Shown here: positions 58,669-64,000 of the stretch, in pieces
Layout: the number at the start of each line of letters is the position of its first letter
How positions within the stretch are numbered: position 1 is the stretch's first letter
From: Pseudomonadota bacterium
GTDB taxonomy: Bacteria; Bdellovibrionota; Bdellovibrionia; Bdellovibrionales; Bdellovibrionaceae
Assembly (NCBI GenBank): GCA_041178425.1
Contig: JBEGVH010000030.1
Span: 160,001 to 224,000, forward strand
Direction of reading: 5' to 3'
Length of the DNA stretch: 64,000 bases
Position numbers and translations under genes: made by a program
Notes under the pieces: model-generated
What the model was told of the DNA's origin: nothing
Seen by the model: the letters and a program-made list of their open reading frames with translations, nothing else
Database searches by the model: none

Positions 58669-58925
58669 GGGGTCTCCGTGTTACTAATAACTCGATTGAA
58701 ATTATTAGGATGCGCCGGTCGCGCTTGCGCGGGCGGTCTCCAAACACCGGTCTCAATCATTCCACTGGTGGACTCCCATGGCCCATCGACCATTTTGCTA
58801 AACCACTTTCCGTTTTTTGCAGCTTTAGAAAATACAGACCAAAAACCCACTACCAGGGTGAGCAAGAGAACCGCCTCAATAAGGACTTGCCCCTTCGGGG
58901 AGCGAAGCCGAGCTTTTTTATTCAC
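58665..58925 (-). CDS. Small pseudopilin
   Basis: SPKG|QVLIEAVLLL; GTGA overlap with the tadV stop. Confidence 0.75.
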   Translation of the reverse strand: MNKKARLRSPKGQVLIEAVLLLTLVVGFWSVFSKAAKNGKWFSKMVDGPWESTSGMIETGVWRPPAQARPAHPNNFNRVISNTETP

Positions 58926-59428
58926 AAAAAGTGAACTCCTTTGGCCTCCATCAACCAAGTTGAAAGGAGTCCCAAAAAGATACCAACGGTAAAAGGAATT
59001 TTATGCCCCTTCACACTGTTACTTCTTATCGTCAGAATCGGATGAAAATTGAGGGTTTTCGCCTCTTTCCAGAGATTTTTATTCAACAAAATTCCTAAAA
59101 ATCCAAAGAGCGCACCCCAGGCAAAGGCATAAAAAAGGAGTTCTAGACTCACCTTCCACGAGAAGGCCAAACTAAGAACCATCAGTAACTTCACGTCTCC
59201 AGCACCAAGAACGCGAAACAACCACAACAAATAACCAATACCAAACATTAAAGCAGCGCTGATGAGGCCCGACCCAAGGGCATGAATTCCACCGTCGTAG
59301 GCAACAAGACTAACTATCACCAAAAATCCCAAAAGGAGACTCTTATTGGCAACCTTTCGCGTGAACAGATCCTGAAGGACAGCTCCAAGACCAACGCCGA
59401 GTAAAGTAATATCGATTAAGTTCACCAT
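58922..59428 (-). CDS. tadV: Prepilin peptidase TadV/CpaA (A24)
   Basis: QDLFTRKVAN and GAGDVKL catalytic Asp motifs; IPF near the C-terminus. Confidence 0.9.
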   Translation of the reverse strand: MVNLIDITLLGVGLGAVLQDLFTRKVANKSLLLGFLVIVSLVAYDGGIHALGSGLISAALMFGIGYLLWLFRVLGAGDVKLLMVLSLAFSWKVSLELLFYAFAWGALFGFLGILLNKNLWKEAKTLNFHPILTIRSNSVKGHKIPFTVGIFLGLLSTWLMEAKGVHFL

Positions 59429-59468
59429 TTCGCTGCGCCCCTCAATTTTCGCGGGCGAGAGGACCTCG

Positions 59469-59666
59469 CTATTTTTTGATTCTCCAAGAGGTTTTACCTT
59501 GGGTATTGAATCCGGTTTCACCAGTTCTAATAAGCGTCTCAACCCGCGCCCCTAACCGAGGGGCCGAGCTATTAAAGGTTTGATTAAATGCTCCTTTACT
59601 GGCTGTGAACATGCTCAGCATTAGCGAAGAGACAATCGTTAATAAGAGAACATATTCGACCATCAT
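59469..59666 (-). CDS. Flp-type pilin without a leader peptide
   Basis: Starts MMVEYVLLLTIV; in-frame TAA seven codons upstream. Confidence 0.7.
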   Translation of the reverse strand: MMVEYVLLLTIVSSLMLSMFTASKGAFNQTFNSSAPRLGARVETLIRTGETGFNTQGKTSWRIKK

Positions 59667-59695
59667 GAGGTAATTGTTCCTAATTTAAAATGATA

Positions 59696-59902
59696 CTATT
59701 TTTGGATCTCAAATCCCTGAATACCGCTATCAACTTCTCCCATCTTAGTATTAATCGCACTCGAAATTTTATTCCTAAAAGCATAGGCCAATGTGACAAC
59801 CACCACAATCAACAAAATATACTCGGTCATTCCTTGCGCAGACTCTTCTTTTAAGAATTTATTGAGTTGAAGCTTGTTGTAAATATTTTTGAGTGCTTTC
59901 AC
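59696..59902 (-). CDS. flp: Major Flp pilin
   Basis: FLKEESA|QGMTEYILLIVVVV; AGGGG SD; GTG start. Confidence 0.88.
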   Translation of the reverse strand: MKALKNIYNKLQLNKFLKEESAQGMTEYILLIVVVVTLAYAFRNKISSAINTKMGEVDSGIQGFEIQK

Positions 59903-60141
59903 TGAGGCCCCTTTCGATTAATAAACTGTAAATGTTTACAACGTTAAGTCTAACCCAAGTCGTTGAACTGACCGAATTATTTTTAAAAGATGTCTTGCTA
60001 TGAGACTGGGGCTTTAAATATCTGATCTTTCGTGATAGCCGAGACGACAGCTGACTAAACATTTTACGCTTTCAGCAACTTATTTCTACACCGACAAATT
60101 TCACTGAAGGTGGCCTCCAACACGGCCCCCTCCCCACTCAC

Positions 60142-61302
60142 TTAAATATCAATGTTCATTCGGAGTTCGAATTTGCGACTTTCTCTTGGATTGTTGCGAG
60201 TGCCGACATCTTCGGCGTAGGTCACGAGATCGAGATTAAAAAAGGAGAACAGGGCTGAGGCACCGGCTGTGAGGTAGCCTTGACTGTAACCAAAACGATA
60301 TTGGCCTCGCCACCATGAGAACATGGTCCAATCGTACTCGAAACCAATGTGAAGTCCTTTTTTTAAACTAAATTGCGGGTGAAGAATATCACGAATATCC
60401 ATCACGCCCCGGCCTCCGAAAATAAGGAATTCCGGGTATTCCCAGCGGCTGCCAAGATCGATACGACGATAGAGTTTTTCTGGATCCGTCACATTCGCCG
60501 TTTTGTTGTACAAATTGAGATCTGTTTTAAAGCCATAGTCGAAAACGTTGCGCACAACGGCTCCGAATGTGGGCCTTGCTAAACGAAACAACGAAAAGAG
60601 TCCTTCGGTCGGAATCTCTGGAGTGAATAAGGCTCCGATATCGGCGTCGACAGTCATGCCTTCACTAAATGATTCTGGTTTAATAACGTTCGGATCGGCT
60701 GCTATATCCACCGCTGCCACCAGCTGATTGAAGTAGCCTCGGTTTATCGCTTTGAAGGTGACTCCCACCGAAGTTCGTCCTTGATCAATCCAATAATAAT
60801 CTTTTGCAAATCCATAGGCCATGATGGTGTCTGAGATAACGGTGGTATTGAGCACCGGACCCAGGCTCTGATGCAAACCAAGGTTCAAGGTGAGATCTAC
60901 CGGAATGATCGCGAATCCCCAGCCTGGCCGAACCCAAACTCCATTGGGCAATGAGAGTCTTGCAGAGTAGTTCGAACCGTAGGCATCTTGAAGAACATTC
61001 ATGATGGCTTCTTCGGTATTTGTGGTGGTAGATGCGGCATCACCGATCGACTGAGCGAATTTTATGAAATCCGTCGAGAAGGCGCCGTCGATGTACATAT
61101 TGATCTGGCCCTCGTCGCGACGAACTAGACCTGCAGGATTATAAAACAGGCCGCTGTAGTCGTTCGCCACGGCCACAAAAGCATCGCCCATTCCTAGTGC
61201 CCGCAAACTTTGATACTCATGGTGAATACGGTAATTTAAACCCGTTCCAGCCGATGCGAGACTAGACAGCAACAGAGCGAAAGCGAAAACTCTCTTGGCC
61301 AC
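60142..61302 (-). CDS. Outer-membrane beta-barrel, TraF-like (paralog of 27021..28094)
   Basis: RALGMGDAFVAVAND...FYNPAGL; GAGGAGG SD before GTG at 61302. Confidence 0.78.
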   Translation of the reverse strand: MAKRVFAFALLLSSLASAGTGLNYRIHHEYQSLRALGMGDAFVAVANDYSGLFYNPAGLVRRDEGQINMYIDGAFSTDFIKFAQSIGDAASTTTNTEEAIMNVLQDAYGSNYSARLSLPNGVWVRPGWGFAIIPVDLTLNLGLHQSLGPVLNTTVISDTIMAYGFAKDYYWIDQGRTSVGVTFKAINRGYFNQLVAAVDIAADPNVIKPESFSEGMTVDADIGALFTPEIPTEGLFSLFRLARPTFGAVVRNVFDYGFKTDLNLYNKTANVTDPEKLYRRIDLGSRWEYPEFLIFGGRGVMDIRDILHPQFSLKKGLHIGFEYDWTMFSWWRGQYRFGYSQGYLTAGASALFSFFNLDLVTYAEDVGTRNNPRESRKFELRMNIDI

Positions 61303-61329
61303 GAATTCCTCCTCAGTTATAGTGTTAAT

Positions 61330-61972
61330 CATGAACCGACGAAGCCTAGTTGAAAATCTAATTTACCTCATATTGACTTATGTCCAGGCAAGCCTCGTTG
61401 CCTCCATTGCTATGGCATCACCGAATCTCGAACCTAACCCTGAGGCACGAGAAGTGACCTATCCGACGGTCGATACGAGCGGCACTCCTCAACAAGATTC
61501 GCTCTCAATTCCCGACGAGAACGACGAACGAAGAAAACTCGTGCCTGCCCATTGGCAAGAATCAGTGCACGATCGAGTTTCTTTTGTTGGTGGCGTTTAT
61601 GTTGGTCCCCATTTTGATGAGGCTAATCAAACACTTTATATATTGGGCGGAGATTACATTTTAAAAAAAGACCCGAGTGACAAAATTCACGTGGGTTTCA
61701 AAGTGAGTTCCACAAGAAATCCTTTTTTGTATGTCTCTCGAGAATTGTACCTAAGAAATTATTTGCCGCCCCTCAAGTCGTGGAGCCCTATACTTCAACT
61801 TGAACTCGACTCTATTCAGGGTTTCGGCGCTCCGGTGGCATTCAACTACTATAGCGCTGGTGCAGGGGTGACGTTTTATCTCTATCCACCAATAGACATG
61901 ACGTTTAATTTTATTCCCATCTCTTCGCGAGGAATCAGCCTAGAATTACTCTTGAGCTACTTGGCTTTTTAG
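61330..61972 (+). CDS. Hypothetical exported protein (possible small beta-barrel)
   Basis: Signal-like N-terminus, beta-rich C-terminal half, terminal Phe. Start uncertain. Confidence 0.6.
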
Positions 61973-62002
61973 TTTTTTAGCTTTTTTAAATGACCGAATG
62001 AC

Positions 62003-62596
62003 CTAAGGCTTTAATTGTTTAATAACATGATCGATTTGTTTTTCGAGATCGGCCAGCGAGCCGTCATTATTGATGGCAAAGTCGGCTTGCTTTAGCTTTT
62101 CGGCAATCGGCCACTGGGCTTGATTCCTTTGACTAATTTCTTCTGCACTCCAAGCATTTCTCTTTTGAAGACGCTCTTGCTGGACGTCAGGAGAAACCCA
62201 CACAACAACCACTTTATCGAACTGCGACTGCAATCCTTTTTCAAAAAGTAACGGCACTTCATAAAAGGCCATAAACTCACCCTTCTGCTCAAGTTCGGTT
62301 CGCAATTCGCGAACGCGGGCCTGCACATGCGGATGAATAACTCCCTCTAACCAACTTTTTTCGGATGAATTACCAAAGACGACTCGACCTAGGGCCCGTC
62401 GGTCAATATCACCATTTTGCTCGACGATGGTCGGTCCAATTTTTTTTACGATCAGGTCATAGGTTGTAGTGCCCTTTTTTAGGCTCTCGTGAGCGATAGC
62501 ATCAGCATCAATAACATGATAACCAGCCTTTCGTAGCGCATTAGCTACCGTGCTTTTGCCAGCTCCAATACTGCCTGTAAGTCCAATCCACTTCAT
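62003..62596 (-). CDS. coaE: Dephospho-CoA kinase
   Basis: IGLTGSIGAGKSTV, IDADAIAH, IDRRALG, EVPLLFE. Confidence 0.97.
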   Translation of the reverse strand: MKWIGLTGSIGAGKSTVANALRKAGYHVIDADAIAHESLKKGTTTYDLIVKKIGPTIVEQNGDIDRRALGRVVFGNSSEKSWLEGVIHPHVQARVRELRTELEQKGEFMAFYEVPLLFEKGLQSQFDKVVVVWVSPDVQQERLQKRNAWSAEEISQRNQAQWPIAEKLKQADFAINNDGSLADLEKQIDHVIKQLKP

Positions 62597-62613
62597 AAAA
62601 CTAATTTAAGACC

Positions 62614-62641
62614 TCAAAATCTCTCATGATCCTACCGATAG
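62614..62641 (+). promoter_or_regulatory. Putative sigma28 promoter of the kinase gene
   Basis: TCAAA-N15-ACCGATAG. Confidence 0.45.
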
Positions 62642-62665
62642 GAACCACAAGAAGAAAGGACTTGC

Positions 62666-64000
62666 GTGTCAGAAAACTTGGAACGCCTTGGAAATTATAT
62701 TCTCTTAGAGAAGATAAACGCCGGTGGTATGGCAGAGGTTTATCTTTCTAAATCCGTGGGCGCCAATGGTGTTAACAAGTTCCTTGCTATCAAAAGAATT
62801 CTTCCGCAGTTTGCTGACAATCGTGATTTTATTGAGATGTTCAAAGAAGAAGCGAAGATTGCGGTTAATCTTGCCCATAACAATGTCGTTTCGATTATTG
62901 ATTTTAAGGCCGCAAAGAATCAGCTCTATCTCGTTATGGAGTATGTTCAGGGTCAGAACCTTCGCCAAATTCTCCAACAAAAAAAGAAAAAGGGGCTGTC
63001 TCTCTCGCTTGATTTTATCGTGTATGTGATAAGAGAAGTTGCGGCTGGCCTCGAGCATGCCCATCGTTGCGTTGATAAGGCCACTGGCAAACCTCTGAAT
63101 ATAATTCATCGAGACATGAGCCCCCAGAACATTATGATTAGTTACGATGGTGAGGTCAAAATTGTCGACTTTGGAATTGCCAAAGCCGAGGCCACTGGCG
63201 AATCCACTCGCGTAGGAACACTCAAGGGTAAATTTAGCTATATGAGCCCTGAGCAAGCCGAGGGCCTTGTGATCGACAAGGGAAGCGATATTTTCTCACT
63301 TGGAATTATTCTTTGGGAACTCATTGCTGATGATCGACTCTTCGCTGCTAACAATGAAATGAATATTCTAAAGAGAATTAAGGAGTGTGATATTCCTGAT
63401 CTCCGAAGGGTTAATTCAACGGTTCCTGTGGAACTTGAGCGAATCGTTAAAAAAGCTCTTATGAAGGATAAGACGCAACGCTATCAATCGACGGCTGACT
63501 TACAAAAAGATCTTTCTCGCTTTCTCAACAGAGAGTATCCCGACTTCACACCCAATGATTTTTCTCACTTTATGAAGTTTCTGTTTGAAAACGAGTACGC
63601 CTTAGCTCAAGAACGCCTCGTTAACTATTCCAAACTAGATTTGGGGTCGGCGGGCGCACAAAATGAAAACACCCAATACACCAAGGTGATGGCCCAAGAA
63701 AAAGCGCCGCCGATTATGCCAGCGCCCAAGAGCCTTCAAAAGTCTGCCGAAGAAGAGGACAATCCGGTGGCAGAGCAGCTCAGTCGTTCATTTCTAGGCG
63801 ATGGCAAAGAGGCCGGACCAGTATTTCCACCGGGATCTAACGATTTTGTTGGTACTACTCCGGATATCGGGAGTGCGGTGACTCAAGACTCTTTTCAGGC
63901 ACCTAGAAAAGGAACCCTGACCGACCTACCACAAAAAGTATCACTCAAAGAAGGCACCGCCAGTAAACTTCCACGGCGCGCCTCTGTGGTGCTTGATGCG
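62666..64000 (+). CDS. Hanks-type Ser/Thr protein kinase (runs off the window; missing from the ORF track)
   Basis: GTG start after AAGGA; GGMAEVY, AIKRILP, IHRDMSPQN, VDFGIAK, KGKFSYMSPEQ, SDIFSLG. Confidence 0.95.
   Translation, partial: MSENLERLGNYILLEKINAGGMAEVYLSKSVGANGVNKFLAIKRILPQFADNRDFIEMFKEEAKIAVNLAHNNVVSIIDFKAAKNQLYLVMEYVQGQNLRQILQQKKKKGLSLSLDFIVYVIREVAAGLEHAHRCVDKATGKPLNIIHRDMSPQNIMISYDGEVKIVDFGIAKAEATGESTRVGTLKGKFSYMSPEQAEGLVIDKGSDIFSLGIILWELIADDRLFAANNEMNILKRIKECDIPDLRRVNSTVPVELERIVKKALMKDKTQRYQSTADLQKDLSRFLNREYPDFTPNDFSHFMKFLFENEYALAQERLVNYSKLDLGSAGAQNENTQYTKVMAQEKAPPIMPAPKSLQKSAEEEDNPVAEQLSRSFLGDGKEAGPVFPPGSNDFVGTTPDIGSAVTQDSFQAPRKGTLTDLPQKVSLKEGTASKLPRRASVVLDA

Noticed and set aside
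60142..61302. TraF-like gene plus pilus ATPases as a conjugative element
   Set aside because: No relaxase, VirB4, coupling protein or integrase; the ATPases are TadA-type and sit among housekeeping genes.
62705..63256. 183-aa minus-strand ORF
   Set aside because: Antisense to the Ser/Thr kinase, which has all Hanks motifs on the + strand.

Overview
Gene-dense chromosomal window from a bacterium that looks like a member of the Bdellovibrionota (predatory Bdellovibrio-like). This is inferred from a Tad/Flp pilus locus followed by a YD-repeat gene and a small secreted gene, the arrangement of the B. bacteriovorus hit locus (bd0108-bd0119). Housekeeping content: the tRNA Thr-Tyr-Gly-Thr-tuf operon, rlmB, rlmI-like, folD, aspS, rpoH-like, photolyase, rluB, valS-feoAB-trmO, gmhD, trmJ-like, potABCD, coaE and a partial Ser/Thr kinase. 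The most unusual elements are: (1) a secreted 648-aa protein with two blocks of MGMMPMAGG repeats, inside a second, split and divergent Tad gene set (7.1-17 kb); (2) a GcvH-fold protein that lacks the lipoyl lysine and has a poly-acidic tail; (3) a GC-rich ~145-bp element with 29-bp perfect inverted arms; (4) a Flp-type pilin with a long linker and a second, C-terminal TM helix; (5) a pilin with no leader peptide; (6) several sigma28/sigma54-like promoters and a GTCTCA-N3-TGAGAC palindrome. No CRISPR array, rRNA or transposase was seen. All calls come from reading the sequence and recalling motifs; no database searches were run.
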